From Caecitellus pseudoparvulus (taxonomy: Eukaryota > Protista > Bigyra: Bicosoecida), in assembly GCA_965644315.1 (NCBI GenBank), contig CBFFRQ010000067.1:434001-498000 (forward strand): a DNA stretch of 64,000 nucleotides. The letters are read 5' to 3'. The first letter of the stretch is position 1, and each line of letters starts with the position of its first letter. The notes beneath the pieces were generated by a model that saw only the letters and a program-made list of their open reading frames with translations, was not told the origin of the DNA and made no database searches. This document shows, piece after piece, positions 1 to 10,383 of this stretch. The translations under genes were made by a program, and so were the position numbers.

Positions 1-1
1 C

Positions 2-3000
2 ATGGGAGCAGACTACACCCCCAGTGTCCATTTGTTTGACTTGCAGCTGCTGCGACACACCACTGGTGAGGTCCGGGCGGCTGTGTCGTTGGGCATTGTC
101 GTGGAAGTACCAGAGCTGGAGGTGGCGCCGCAGTCCATCCAGGAGCTCGTCAAGCCCCATGTGGATGGCGGGTCCACTTCCACAGAAACCAGCATCACTC
201 TGCGGAACCCAGGAAACTCGCCCCTCAAATGGGTGCTGAACTTGCCCTCCCAGCCTTGCTGGCTCACTCCGATATTGGGCAGCGGTGTGCAGGCGTGTGG
301 CGCTGGGTCGCCTGCTGGGAGCTGTGCGCGGGGCATGATTGCACCTGGCGCGTCTCAAGTCGTAAAGTTGCGCATCGTTGGTTCTGCTCTTCGCGCTGGG
401 CAGCACAACACGTTTGCCGAGTTGACGAGCAACGCAGGCGACATGCACATCCCCATCAAGGTCGTCGTGACGACCTTGTCCGTGTGCCCTTCCCGACTGG
501 TGCTCGGAGACGTCCACCCCCCCGCAAACATGGATCCTGCTTCGGGATTCGTCAGGCATACCGTTCCCGTGTCATTGGCCAACGTGGGCGAGGCCCCCGT
601 GAGAGTGGCTGGCCTTGTCCCAATTCTGGCAGAGGCTTCAAGCGTCGCCGCTGCCCTGTCGACGAGCCTGGTCTCCTGTGGCGCGGCCTCTGGTACATCA
701 GACATTACTCAGGAAGTGCTGCAGCTGCAGGCGACCCATGGTGCCCCGGATTGGCTGTCTGCCGTGGCAGGAGCCTCGCAACCAACCTTCCAACTCATCA
801 AGTCTGCGGCTGATGCGGGAAGGGCAGAAGTGATGCCCAGTGCCGACACCATCGCTGTTGGTGCAGATGGCACCATGTACGTGACGGTTGAGCTTGGGGC
901 ACACACGAGCCTCGGTGCAGACCTGGGGCGCCACGTGAGCAGCGTGGTGGTTCTACTGCAAGACACCATTCGCAACAGCACGGAAGCCAGGGCGGTGGAA
1001 GTCGAAGTGACGACTGTGCCTGGACCTGTGTCCGAGGCTACCTCCACGATGCAGGTGCTTGCAACGCGTCTGGACGCAACTGAGCGGTCGCTCGAGTCTG
1101 GCAGCAGCGGCCCTGCCACGACTGATCGGGCTTCGCGTGTGGCACTCGTCGCGCTGCGCGATGCCTTGGGCCATGCCAGACCTGCAGGATCAGATACCTT
1201 ACAGCCGCTTCTTGCGCCACAGAGTCTCGACACGCTCACTGCACCAGCATGCGCCGCTGCATCGTCGCCTGCCTGGGAATCTGCCGCGGGCCAGGTTGTC
1301 ACTCACGAGCTGGAAGGCGCGCGAGCACTGGAAGTGCTGCAGAGCGCACAGGTGCGAGACGATCAGAAAGTTGCTCTGCAAGCGCACGTTTTACGGGGAG
1401 GCTCCCTCCTCTCGGTGCACGCTGTTGCCCAGACTTCCGCCGCGCTGCCGCTTGTCTTGCGAGCTGTCAGCCTTCCTGTGGCACAGCTGACGTCAAACGT
1501 CGCAAACGTGCAAAGTACGCTGGGGGGTGCTTCCACTTGCCAAGGGGAAGTGGGCTTTGCGCAGAGCGGGCGCGTCGACGCTGGCCAGCTATCCGCCCTT
1601 CCCGCTCAGCTGCTTGTCCCTACACCTGCGCTTGACTCCAGCGCGCCTGGCCGGCTGCTGTCCTCGAGTCCGTTCATCACGCAAGTGTCCACTACGGGTG
1701 CATCGTGTTCTGGAGATGGGTTGGTGCTGGACCCCGCCACCAACTTGACCTGCACGTGTCAGCCTGGCTTTGCGCTGTCCCCTGCTCTCCGTGGCAGCCC
1801 CTTCACGTCCACGTCCCTCCAGTGTGTCCCGTGCCCGGCAGGGACGTCACGTCGCGGGCCCACGCTCCGATTCGGCGACGAGCCTGGAGCGTGCTTCCCT
1901 TGTGCGACAGGCACCTTCTCCCTGGAAGGGTGGCACAACTGTGCGCCGTGCCCGGCGAACATGCAGTGTACGAACGGCATGGTCTTCGTGACATCGGGCC
2001 ACGCGTTCCTGAACGACCAAGAGGCCGTGGACTTTGCGACAGACTTGTCACCCACCTATTCCGGCATCGGAGCTGGCAGCGGCATGCCGGGGACTCCGGA
2101 CTTGTTCAAGGCAGACACCCCCGAGGAGGCACCCCAGCCAGCGCAATCTTCCATCGCCACGACGTGCCCGAACCCCTTCGCATGCATCCAGGATGGGTCG
2201 GTCAATACGTCAGAGTCCACGTCCGTCCTGCTGCAGACGAAGTGTGCTGTTGGCCACGACCCGGACTCGCTCCTCTGCGCCGGCTGTCTGGCAGGCTACG
2301 AGCACAACCCCCCTGCCGCAGGAAGCGCAGGAGACTGCCGGGCTTGCCCACCAACCACGACCGCGGCAAGCAAGGTTGCCCTCCTCTCCCTCATCGCGGC
2401 ATCCCTGTACGTGCTGGTTCTGGTTGCCTGGTTCCACCCCAAGCTGGGGCCGGGCGTGCTGCCCCCAGCGCTGCTGGTGACCCCTGTGGCAGACTCCCTG
2501 GAAGCCGTGAGGCGGTCCTGGTGTGGCTGCTGCAGCTCTCCAGGACCAGCGAGGGCGAAGCGAGGCGTGCCGGCCCTGAGCAGGCGCAGGCCCTCGGCGT
2601 TTTCCAAGCCAAACCCCATGGAAAGGCGAGCCAAAGGTGGCAGCACTGCAGCCGAGACCCTGCCCGAGGGAACGGAACTGTCGCTGCACCCTGTCGCCCC
2701 TGGGCTGCTGTGGACAGTCTCGGCCCCTCACTTGCCCATCGCTGAGCGTGAACGAAGTGCAAGCATGTTTGCCCTGGTGAAGCGAGTGCTGCCTTGGGAC
2801 CTGCCCAAGTGGGTGTTGTCCTGGGACAGCACCAATCGGGAGGCGCCCACAGGCGCCTTCCACAGCCTGTACAACTCCATGATCGCGACGGGGCGCCGAG
2901 AGATGCCCGTGCCTGTCCTCTTCTCTGCGCCGCCTGCCATGGACACTGCCCTGCGCGCATTCGGTGGCCTGGCCCTGCTCATGTTTTTGCAGTTCTCAGC

Positions 3001-5485
3001 CAGGCTCTCCGACACGCGCCTGGGTGCTGACACACAAGGGGAGTCCACCAGCGCAGTGCCGCACATGGCATCTGTCTTCCCTGTCAGCGCTGTGGAGGCG
3101 TCATGCCTGGTACAGAGCGTCGTGGGTGGCTACTCCCGCTTTGTGCTGGGAGCGGGCCTGATGCTCGGCACTATCCCGCTGGCCTTCGGGCTCGCTCTCA
3201 TCGCCTACACGCTGCTGGCCTGTGTCCGAGCTTCATCGCGCTCCCATGCAATCGTCACTGGCTCCAGGTCGGCAGCTGTGACGTCGGGCGGTCCAACCAA
3301 GTCCGCCGCTCCCCTCGCGGGAGCCTCGCTGGACTCAGTCGTCGGAGCCTGGTCTGTGGCTCTCGCGTCCCCTCAGCCTGCCGCATTTTCCCATGTCTTC
3401 ATCGCAGCCCTGGTGATCTTGATTCCCACCCTCGTCCCTGCTGGCATCTCCGTCATTGGGGCGGCAGTGTTCGCGACCGCGCCAAACGGCAGCGGAGGGC
3501 ACAACCTGCTCTCCGACTTCTCTGTCGAAGCAGGCACTGGCGAGCATGCCATGTTCGTGCTCATCGCCATTGGGCTTGGCAGCCTGACAGCTGGGCTGCC
3601 TCTAGCGCTGGCCCTGTACTCCCGCCAGTCCTGTGACGCGGCCATGCGCAGCGTTGCCCGGAAGACGGCAACCCTTGTCGGGGGAGCAGCAAGCATTATG
3701 GGCCCCCTGCCCAACCCCAGCCGCCTCCCTCGAGTTGGCGCCTGCAGCGGTCACTTTTCCTTTGCAGGGCTGTCGTGGAGAGTTGGCGGGCTGCTGTGGG
3801 GCTGGCACCGGCCTTCAGCTTGGTGGTGGCAGCTGTGGCTCTTCGCAGCTGCGTGCTGTTTGGCCCTGCTCCCAGGCGTCCTGGCCAACGCCTGGAGCCG
3901 GCTGTATGTCGCCAACGTCATCACCATCGTCATGTGGCTGGTGTTCGAGTGGCGCAAGCCCTATGCCGTGCACAGGCTCATCGGCGCGCCTTCGGCACTC
4001 TTCCCACGGGCCCCGCGACTGGCCCTCCCTCCCCACCTCTTGTACGCTGACAGGGAGCGCAAGAGCTCGCTGCCAGCGATCACTGCGACAGGCATTTTCG
4101 CGGGAGTGCATGCTGCTGGGCAGCGTGCAGGGCGAGCTGTCCTGTCCATTGAAGCCCGGCTGCGCACTCGTTTGATGCGGTTCTTGCTGTTCATGCTGGT
4201 TTTGCAGGCATCTGTGGCCCACATGGCCTACGTCTGGCACGCCTCTCTGTTTGTGGGCGAGGGTGGCTCCAGCGACACTGCAGAAGCCACTGGATCCCCC
4301 AGCGACCGGCTGCAGGAAGCTCTGGAAGGCATCAATGCCTCCCGGACTCTGCGAGCCGCCATCCTGGGCTTGTCATGGGTGCAGTGGGGAGCAATGTGGC
4401 TCGGCATCGCAGCTTGCGTTGTGTTCTTGCTGCCTTCCCTGCTGCGTGGTGTGGTGCTGGCGGTGCTTGGCAACGCCAGTTGGCTGCTCAGCTCTGCTGT
4501 GGATGCCTCCCTGAAGCTGTGTGACAAGCACCGCGCCCAGAGCACAGCCAAGCCGCTCTCGCGGCGGTGGGGCGATTCCCAGCGCATCATCGTTCCCAAG
4601 GGCGGCAAGGGACGTAAGGCCACGAAGAAGACGGGTCCGGCCAAGGCCAAGACGAGCAGGGCTGTGGGGGACGCCGCCACGCCAGCGATGAAGTGGGGCG
4701 CCGGAAGCGCAGGTGAAGATACGGACATTTCCTTCTCGAACCCCATGCTGTCCAAGGGTGTTTCCAAGGCAAAAGCGCAGCGCGAGCACCGCGCCTCTCA
4801 TGGCAGCCGAGTGCTCACAGCTGCGCTGACGCAGGGCGTGAACCCCATGCTGCAGCACAGCAACCGATCTCGGCCGTCCCCTGTCCGCCTTCGCGCCCTG
4901 TCCCGTGCGGGCATCTACACTGCCTCCCCGAAGCTCAAAGTGCTCAAGAGCAGAGCTTCTTCCCGTGCAGCACGTCGGGTGGAGAGCGAGGAGAAGGGTG
5001 ACGCGCAGGCGGCGAAGCGGGCAGCGTCCCCCGCAACGCTGGAAGAACTGCGGGCCGCCTCCCCCGGAACTGTGGCGAGCCAGGCATACTTCAACAACCC
5101 CATCAGGCAGCCTCAGGTCATGACCAGGATCAGCCACAAGCCCTCCCGCCGAACCTCCGTCGCGGCCAGCAAGATGCGGCTGCCCGGAGCAGGAGCACGA
5201 TCCTCCGTGTTCGCTGGCGCCAACCCTATTCGTGCACCTGCGGAAACCCCCCGAGATGTGGCTGGCCTCTTGCGGTCAGCACGGACGGATGCACGAACAA
5301 CGCTGGCTTCGGCTCTGGAAGCCGGGCAGCACCCACGCCTTGCAGCGAGGCGGCGCCTGCCCGCTGGGTCTGCCTCCGGCGATCGGGCGGTCGCCAGGGC
5401 ACGTGGCTTGAGAGCAGGCAGCCCTTCGGCGAGAAAGACTTCGTCCAAGAGAGCCAGGTCGCGGCAGAGAGCTCTGCAGCTGTGA
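2..5485 (+). CDS. Large multipass membrane / cell-surface protein (Ig-like beta segments, Cys-rich ephrin-receptor/TNFR-like repeats, multi-TM region, basic cytoplasmic tail); probably 5'-partial
   Basis: 1827-aa ORF open from the window edge. Cys motifs CTCQPG, CVPCPAG, CFPCATGTFS, CAPCPANMQC, CPNPFAC and LCAGCLAGY are followed by several hydrophobic helices (e.g. VALLSLIAASLYVLVLVAWF, WWWQLWLF). No intron is needed. Confidence 0.75.
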   Translation: MGADYTPSVHLFDLQLLRHTTGEVRAAVSLGIVVEVPELEVAPQSIQELVKPHVDGGSTSTETSITLRNPGNSPLKWVLNLPSQPCWLTPILGSGVQACGAGSPAGSCARGMIAPGASQVVKLRIVGSALRAGQHNTFAELTSNAGDMHIPIKVVVTTLSVCPSRLVLGDVHPPANMDPASGFVRHTVPVSLANVGEAPVRVAGLVPILAEASSVAAALSTSLVSCGAASGTSDITQEVLQLQATHGAPDWLSAVAGASQPTFQLIKSAADAGRAEVMPSADTIAVGADGTMYVTVELGAHTSLGADLGRHVSSVVVLLQDTIRNSTEARAVEVEVTTVPGPVSEATSTMQVLATRLDATERSLESGSSGPATTDRASRVALVALRDALGHARPAGSDTLQPLLAPQSLDTLTAPACAAASSPAWESAAGQVVTHELEGARALEVLQSAQVRDDQKVALQAHVLRGGSLLSVHAVAQTSAALPLVLRAVSLPVAQLTSNVANVQSTLGGASTCQGEVGFAQSGRVDAGQLSALPAQLLVPTPALDSSAPGRLLSSSPFITQVSTTGASCSGDGLVLDPATNLTCTCQPGFALSPALRGSPFTSTSLQCVPCPAGTSRRGPTLRFGDEPGACFPCATGTFSLEGWHNCAPCPANMQCTNGMVFVTSGHAFLNDQEAVDFATDLSPTYSGIGAGSGMPGTPDLFKADTPEEAPQPAQSSIATTCPNPFACIQDGSVNTSESTSVLLQTKCAVGHDPDSLLCAGCLAGYEHNPPAAGSAGDCRACPPTTTAASKVALLSLIAASLYVLVLVAWFHPKLGPGVLPPALLVTPVADSLEAVRRSWCGCCSSPGPARAKRGVPALSRRRPSAFSKPNPMERRAKGGSTAAETLPEGTELSLHPVAPGLLWTVSAPHLPIAERERSASMFALVKRVLPWDLPKWVLSWDSTNREAPTGAFHSLYNSMIATGRREMPVPVLFSAPPAMDTALRAFGGLALLMFLQFSARLSDTRLGADTQGESTSAVPHMASVFPVSAVEASCLVQSVVGGYSRFVLGAGLMLGTIPLAFGLALIAYTLLACVRASSRSHAIVTGSRSAAVTSGGPTKSAAPLAGASLDSVVGAWSVALASPQPAAFSHVFIAALVILIPTLVPAGISVIGAAVFATAPNGSGGHNLLSDFSVEAGTGEHAMFVLIAIGLGSLTAGLPLALALYSRQSCDAAMRSVARKTATLVGGAASIMGPLPNPSRLPRVGACSGHFSFAGLSWRVGGLLWGWHRPSAWWWQLWLFAAACCLALLPGVLANAWSRLYVANVITIVMWLVFEWRKPYAVHRLIGAPSALFPRAPRLALPPHLLYADRERKSSLPAITATGIFAGVHAAGQRAGRAVLSIEARLRTRLMRFLLFMLVLQASVAHMAYVWHASLFVGEGGSSDTAEATGSPSDRLQEALEGINASRTLRAAILGLSWVQWGAMWLGIAACVVFLLPSLLRGVVLAVLGNASWLLSSAVDASLKLCDKHRAQSTAKPLSRRWGDSQRIIVPKGGKGRKATKKTGPAKAKTSRAVGDAATPAMKWGAGSAGEDTDISFSNPMLSKGVSKAKAQREHRASHGSRVLTAALTQGVNPMLQHSNRSRPSPVRLRALSRAGIYTASPKLKVLKSRASSRAARRVESEEKGDAQAAKRAASPATLEELRAASPGTVASQAYFNNPIRQPQVMTRISHKPSRRTSVAASKMRLPGAGARSSVFAGANPIRAPAETPRDVAGLLRSARTDARTTLASALEAGQHPRLAARRRLPAGSASGDRAVARARGLRAGSPSARKTSSKRARSRQRALQL

Positions 5486-5497
5486 TACGTACGAAAC

Positions 5498-5505
5498 AAT
5501 GCATT
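5498..5505. promoter_or_regulatory. Palindromic AATGCATT; candidate bidirectional 3'-end/polyadenylation signal shared by two convergent genes
   Basis: Lies 13 nt after the + gene stop (5485) and 135 nt after the - gene stop (5640). The same hexamer follows most genes in the window. Function is inferred. Confidence 0.55.
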
Positions 5506-5639
5506 CTTTGCTTTTTTATTTCCGCCTCTTTCACCTCGCGTTTGTTCCGCAAGGGAAGCAGGCGAAAGTGGCACGGCAAGCGTCCCAGGCTCAGCAAAAG
5601 TTTTGAAAAGACCACCAACCACTTGTGGTCAGGCTACTG

Positions 5640-7247
5640 CTACCTAGCAGCTCGAATCAACAACATAGCCCGGCGCCCTGCCCGAGTGCAAGTCCCAAAC
5701 CACACAGCATCGCGAGCAGCGTGTTGAAAGTCAGCTCTCCCCTCCTCGTCTCTCGGCATTGGCATCGCTCTTGGTCCCGTCAGAGCGAGCAACTCGCCCA
5801 CAACGGCAGCGTGGCCGCCTTTCACTGCCTCTCGTAGGCCCGCATCTGGCAAACCCCCACCTTCGGCGTGGACGTCCACTTCCCTGCGGCCAGACAGCAC
5901 AAGCAGCAGCCGGACCACGCGCACATGCCCCCTCGCGCAAGCTCTGCGAAAGCCTGCCTCAGGGCCATCTGCATCTCGAGCGTGCACGTCGACTGTCCGG
6001 GCGCCATCAAGCGCCAGCAGCTCACGCACAACTTCCTCGTGGCCACCCTCACAGGCCACTCGAAAGCCTGCCTCAGGCCCTTGCCTGTCTTCCACGTGCA
6101 CATCGACTGCGTAGGCTCCAGCAAGGCTCAACAATTCGCGCAGCACGTCCAAGTGCCCTCCTGCACACGCCGAGCGAAAGCATGCCTCGTGTCCATCTCT
6201 GTCCATCGCATGCACATCCACTGCCCTTTCGTCCGTTAGCGCAAGCAGTTCGCGCACAACGTCCACGTGACCATTCCGACATGCAGCGCGGAATCCTGAG
6301 TGATGCCCTTGTTCGTCTCCTGCATGCACATCTATCTCTCGAGCCCCTTGTAGCGCCAAAAGTTCGCGCACGACGTGCAAGCGCCCGGCGCCGCAAGCAG
6401 CCCGGAAAGCATACTCTGGCCCCGTGGGGCCAGCTGCGTGCACGTCCACAGTTCGGTCGCCCGTCAAGGCCAGCAGTTCTCGCACCACGTCAACGTGCCC
6501 GTTCGTGCAGGCAAGTCGAAACCCAGCTTCAGCGCCCGCTCGAGTAGACGCGTGCACGTCCACCTCACGGTCGCCACTCAGAGCCAGCAACTCGCGCACA
6601 GCTCCCAAATGGCCGCTGGCACATGCCCAACGGAAGCCATACTCTGGCCCCGCGTGGTCCCCCGCATGAACATCTACGGTCCGATCCCCTGTGAGGGCGA
6701 GTAGCTCCCGCAGCACGCCGACGTGGCCTGTTGCGCAGGCTGCCCTGAAGGCCGCCTCGGGACCATCCCTGTTCCGGGCGTGAACGTCCACCTTACGATG
6801 CCCCTCCAGCGCCAGCAGCTCGCGCACTACATCCAAGTGGCCATTCCGACAGGCCATACGGAATCCAGCTCCGGGCCCAGCTCGATTCGGGGCGTGCACG
6901 TCCACCTCCCGCTCGCCCGTCAGAGCCAGCAGCACGCGCACTACACCCAAGTGCCCATTGCTGCAGGCCCTCCGAAAGCCAGTTTCAGGTCCAACACGAG
7001 AGCCAACCTTAACGTTCACTTCCTGGCACCCGCCCAGTGCGAGCAGCGCACGCAGGAGCTCCTCGTGCCCCACTTTGCACGCCACCAAGAAGCCAGCCGT
7101 CGTTTGCTCGCTGGACAGCGCTTCCAGCGCATCCACATCGCCTTCCTTGGCCCCAGAGAGGAGCTCCCATAGGACATCAGCAGCATTTTCAGCACATGCG
7201 ATGTCCCATTGCGCGAGCATCGTTCCCACACTCGTGCCGGCAGCCAT
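5640..7247 (-). CDS. Ankyrin-like repeat protein with 38-aa repeats
   Basis: Intronless ORF; start taken at MAAGT (ATG 7247). About 12 repeats of GPExGFRxACxxGHxxVVRELLALxGxRxVDVHAxxxx. Confidence 0.85.
   Translation of the reverse strand: MAAGTSVGTMLAQWDIACAENAADVLWELLSGAKEGDVDALEALSSEQTTAGFLVACKVGHEELLRALLALGGCQEVNVKVGSRVGPETGFRRACSNGHLGVVRVLLALTGEREVDVHAPNRAGPGAGFRMACRNGHLDVVRELLALEGHRKVDVHARNRDGPEAAFRAACATGHVGVLRELLALTGDRTVDVHAGDHAGPEYGFRWACASGHLGAVRELLALSGDREVDVHASTRAGAEAGFRLACTNGHVDVVRELLALTGDRTVDVHAAGPTGPEYAFRAACGAGRLHVVRELLALQGAREIDVHAGDEQGHHSGFRAACRNGHVDVVRELLALTDERAVDVHAMDRDGHEACFRSACAGGHLDVLRELLSLAGAYAVDVHVEDRQGPEAGFRVACEGGHEEVVRELLALDGARTVDVHARDADGPEAGFRRACARGHVRVVRLLLVLSGRREVDVHAEGGGLPDAGLREAVKGGHAAVVGELLALTGPRAMPMPRDEEGRADFQHAARDAVWFGTCTRAGRRAMLLIRAAR
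5765..7106 (-). repeat. 114-bp (38-aa) coding tandem repeat, 10 full units plus 2 degenerate
   Basis: Full units run from 6992 down to 5853 with a strict 114-nt period. Confidence 0.9.
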
Positions 7248-7648
7248 GGCGTGTTGGGCCGGATTCCGCAAGCTGCTGCCACGCCAAGCCAGCCAGAGAG
7301 GTGTCTTGCTGCAGCTTGAGACGTGCTTGGCAACGGAAGGCATCAAAATTTAAATGCAGTGGACTTCTTTTGTGTGTCGCATTTGGTATTTCACAGAGCT
7401 TTGCTTTCCTGCAGTTTCATTCAGCAACGGCCGCCTTGATCGCTGCACTCATGGGCAGCGTTGGTGCCCATTAACTGCCGCAGCAAGACGACCCTACATG
7501 CCAAGGCAGGCGATCCAGGCCACGTGTCCATAACAACACCCCGCTCCGAGCCAGTTCATGAGCCATGCTCACTCGCATCTGGCCGGTGCAAGTCACACTG
7601 AATTGACACCACCTGATCTGACCATATCGTGATAGTTGCACCAGACGC

Positions 7649-8554
7649 TCATGGCTTCCTGAGGAAGACAGCTTGTTCGTCTGTGCTCAACAGCGTGGTC
7701 CACCCTGCAGCGTGGAATGTATCTGACACGGCTCGGCGCTGTTCCGCGCCATCTGGCAGCATGCGGTCATGAAACTCCAAGATAACTTGCGAAGTGGGCA
7801 AGGCGGCAACCAGCGCAGGGTCGGTGAAATAGTCAAACTCAGCGCCTTCCACGTCGGCCTTCACAAGCGGGATCCAGGAAGCTCCCACACCCGCTGCAAG
7901 CTGGTGCACCGTGTCCACCGGGAAGGTCACGGATATGGGCTCTCCCTTGGATCCATGCCGCAGATAACCCTGCCCCGCCATGCCAGCGTTGTTAGCAAAG
8001 GAAGCATAGCCTCTTACGGGCTTCATGAACGTGGCATTGCCCTTCTCGGTGCCCAAGCCCACTTTGTGAAAGTGGAAGCCGGAAACCGAGTGCGGCTCCA
8101 CGTTCATGAGGTCTTCACTCTCCAGCGTGGGGTCGTATGCGTGAACATGGGCGACGCCGGCGTGCACGAGGAGAGACATGTCGAAGGAGGCATCTCGCCC
8201 AACGCCGAAGGAGAGCACAGTCTCCCCCCGCATGTCGTGCAGGCAGAGCGGCCAACTTCCGTAGGTTGCGCCACCGCCCAGTCCCCCAACCCAGTGCAGT
8301 CGGCACAGCACCGCCTCGCCATGGGCACCAGATGAAACACCAGTCGTGGTGCAAGTGCGCTCTGAGCCGTCACAGTAGTACTTCCTGGGCTCTGGTAGAC
8401 CTGCTGTGGCCCCCCGACACCCTGCAAAAAAAACGCTGAGTGCCCCGGCCACACATCCCAGCGCCAGGTACAGCAGCGGCTTGCTCCAGGATGACCTCAA
8501 CCACCGAGTTGGGAAGTAAGATCTGGGCTTTATCAAAGCTGTGTCTGCTCCCAT
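7649..8554 (-). CDS. FkbM/METTL24-like SAM-dependent methyltransferase with N-terminal signal anchor
   Basis: Motifs SFGVGRDASFD, HAYDPT, LVKADVEGAEF and QVILEFH; hydrophobic anchor LLYLALGCVAGALSVFF; intronless; start taken at MGADT. Confidence 0.8.
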   Translation of the reverse strand: MGADTALIKPRSYFPTRWLRSSWSKPLLYLALGCVAGALSVFFAGCRGATAGLPEPRKYYCDGSERTCTTTGVSSGAHGEAVLCRLHWVGGLGGGATYGSWPLCLHDMRGETVLSFGVGRDASFDMSLLVHAGVAHVHAYDPTLESEDLMNVEPHSVSGFHFHKVGLGTEKGNATFMKPVRGYASFANNAGMAGQGYLRHGSKGEPISVTFPVDTVHQLAAGVGASWIPLVKADVEGAEFDYFTDPALVAALPTSQVILEFHDRMLPDGAEQRRAVSDTFHAAGWTTLLSTDEQAVFLRKP

Positions 8555-9203
8555 CTCGCCTCGCAGCCTATGGACGGTCAGGAGACCTGCAAGAACGTGC
8601 GGCTGCGTACCGCGGTTGGCGTGGCGGGGCCACTGAATCCAGCTGTCACTGCTCCTTGTCTGTGCCACAAGCGCTTTCCAAGACCCACTTTCGACAACGA
8701 GTGTACATTAAATTGATTCGATGCATATGGCCCTTCTGCATGCTGTCGCTGCGCAGGTTGTCCAACGCCGTAGGACGGGGGGGGGTGTTGCTGGCGCATC
8801 ATGACGTGCTGTGTCCACTTCAATTGGCTGGCCTTGCGGGTTGACATGCACCGTTGAGGTGGGTGGCCTGGCATGCCCTCCATGAAAAGCAAATGACAAG
8901 CCCTCACTAGACCTTCTCTATCGCCTTTTCAGGAGGCATGTTGCAGTGTTTTTTCCTCAAAAGCACGCACACTGCCGCGCGATCAGCGGTGGATGCGCAC
9001 ACAGAGACCAGGGCAGCATGAGTGACCACTCGGGGGAGCAATTCCAGCCAGCCACTCACCAGCACCTCACACGCCCTTGCAGCCATGCCTGTCTGGTGTC
9101 CTCACGGCCCGCGAACTTTCTCTGGTGGCCCGCAACCTCGCTTCCAAGGGCACCTTCCAGCGCCCCAGGATGCACACTCCCAGCCACGCAGCGCACACCG
9201 CCG

Positions 9204-10232
9204 TCACAATTCGCCATAGAGTAACGCCTGCGCGGCAGCTTGATGCCCAGCCTTGAGCGCGACAGCTGCTGCAGCTGCGACCTCTCCTGGACTCCATCTC
9301 GCCTCAGCTCCGCTGGGGACACATGCGGCCGTTGACGCCTCAGCGCCCAGCAACAACCGGAGCATGGGCAGATCCCCTTGTCTCGCGGCTATGGACAGCA
9401 CACCTTCAAGCCCGCGCCCGTGGACATGCCATGGAGCACCACTCTGCAGCAAGACCTCGGCACAGGCCACCTGGCCAGCCCTCACGGCGCAGTGCAGAGC
9501 CGTGTCACCCAGAGTGCCGGGGCTCGTGAGCGCCTTCTGTGGCGCAGAAGACAGCAGCATACTCAAGACGTCTGGGTGGCTCTGTTTTGCAGCAGCACCC
9601 AATAGGTCTGCCCATGCGCTTGCTTCTGCGGAGGGAGGGAACGCCCCTGCGCCGTGCAAGTGCTCGCACACACTCACACTGGCACCATGCTCCACACAAG
9701 CGACCCCAATCAGCTTCCTTCCACACTGCTGTCTCCACAGCGGGCTGGTTTCAGCTGGACCCGAGGGCTTCTTCAGCTGCTCCAAGCCAGCAGCATTCCC
9801 TGCCTCAAGTTGGGCCACCAGTTCCTCGGCTGAAACACCTGACAGCGACAGCCCTGGATCAGTGGAATCTGCTGCTTCCTTCCCTTTCAGTTTCATGCGT
9901 TCCCAGAGCGCTGCGGCAATTTCTGGGTGTCCAGCGGCCTCTGCCAGCTCGGCAGGGCTTGAGCCGCGACAAGTCACAGCAGGATCGGCCCCAGCATCCA
10001 ACAGCGCCTGGACACATGGCAAGCTACCGCGCCAAGCGGCTTTCGCGAGGGCCGTCCAGCCGTTGTGGTCCCGAAATGCACACGCGGCTCGGGGGCTGCT
10101 TGCGATTTCCGCAATGACCCCCTCGGCGTCACCGCGCTCCAGAGCGAGAGCTAGAGCAGGCTGCAAAGCAGGCACCGAACCTGTCTCACCAACCCCTGTA
10201 TGCACTTTTTCGAGGGGGCTTCCCTCCGCCAT
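9204..10232 (-). CDS. Ankyrin repeat protein
   Basis: GWTALAKAAWRGSLPCVQALLDAGADP and GDTALHCAVRAGQVACAEVLLQSGA; start taken at MAEGS. Confidence 0.8.
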   Translation of the reverse strand: MAEGSPLEKVHTGVGETGSVPALQPALALALERGDAEGVIAEIASSPRAACAFRDHNGWTALAKAAWRGSLPCVQALLDAGADPAVTCRGSSPAELAEAAGHPEIAAALWERMKLKGKEAADSTDPGLSLSGVSAEELVAQLEAGNAAGLEQLKKPSGPAETSPLWRQQCGRKLIGVACVEHGASVSVCEHLHGAGAFPPSAEASAWADLLGAAAKQSHPDVLSMLLSSAPQKALTSPGTLGDTALHCAVRAGQVACAEVLLQSGAPWHVHGRGLEGVLSIAARQGDLPMLRLLLGAEASTAACVPSGAEARWSPGEVAAAAAVALKAGHQAAAQALLYGEL

Positions 10233-10383
10233 TCCCCCAGTTGCAATGCAGAAGCAGCCCCCCCTCTTGACTAGTGTGTGCAAGATCACCACCAGCCGGA
10301 CAAGCAAGACATGTGAGGCGCATACAGCGCACGCATGGACCCAATCCATTGCATTCCAGACACAGCGCCTTTTGCCCAGGCGC

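Noticed and set aside
8670-9200. Unassigned ~0.5-kb gap with short ORFs
   Set aside because: I could not support a gene model, RNA structure or repeat; it is probably UTR or promoter.
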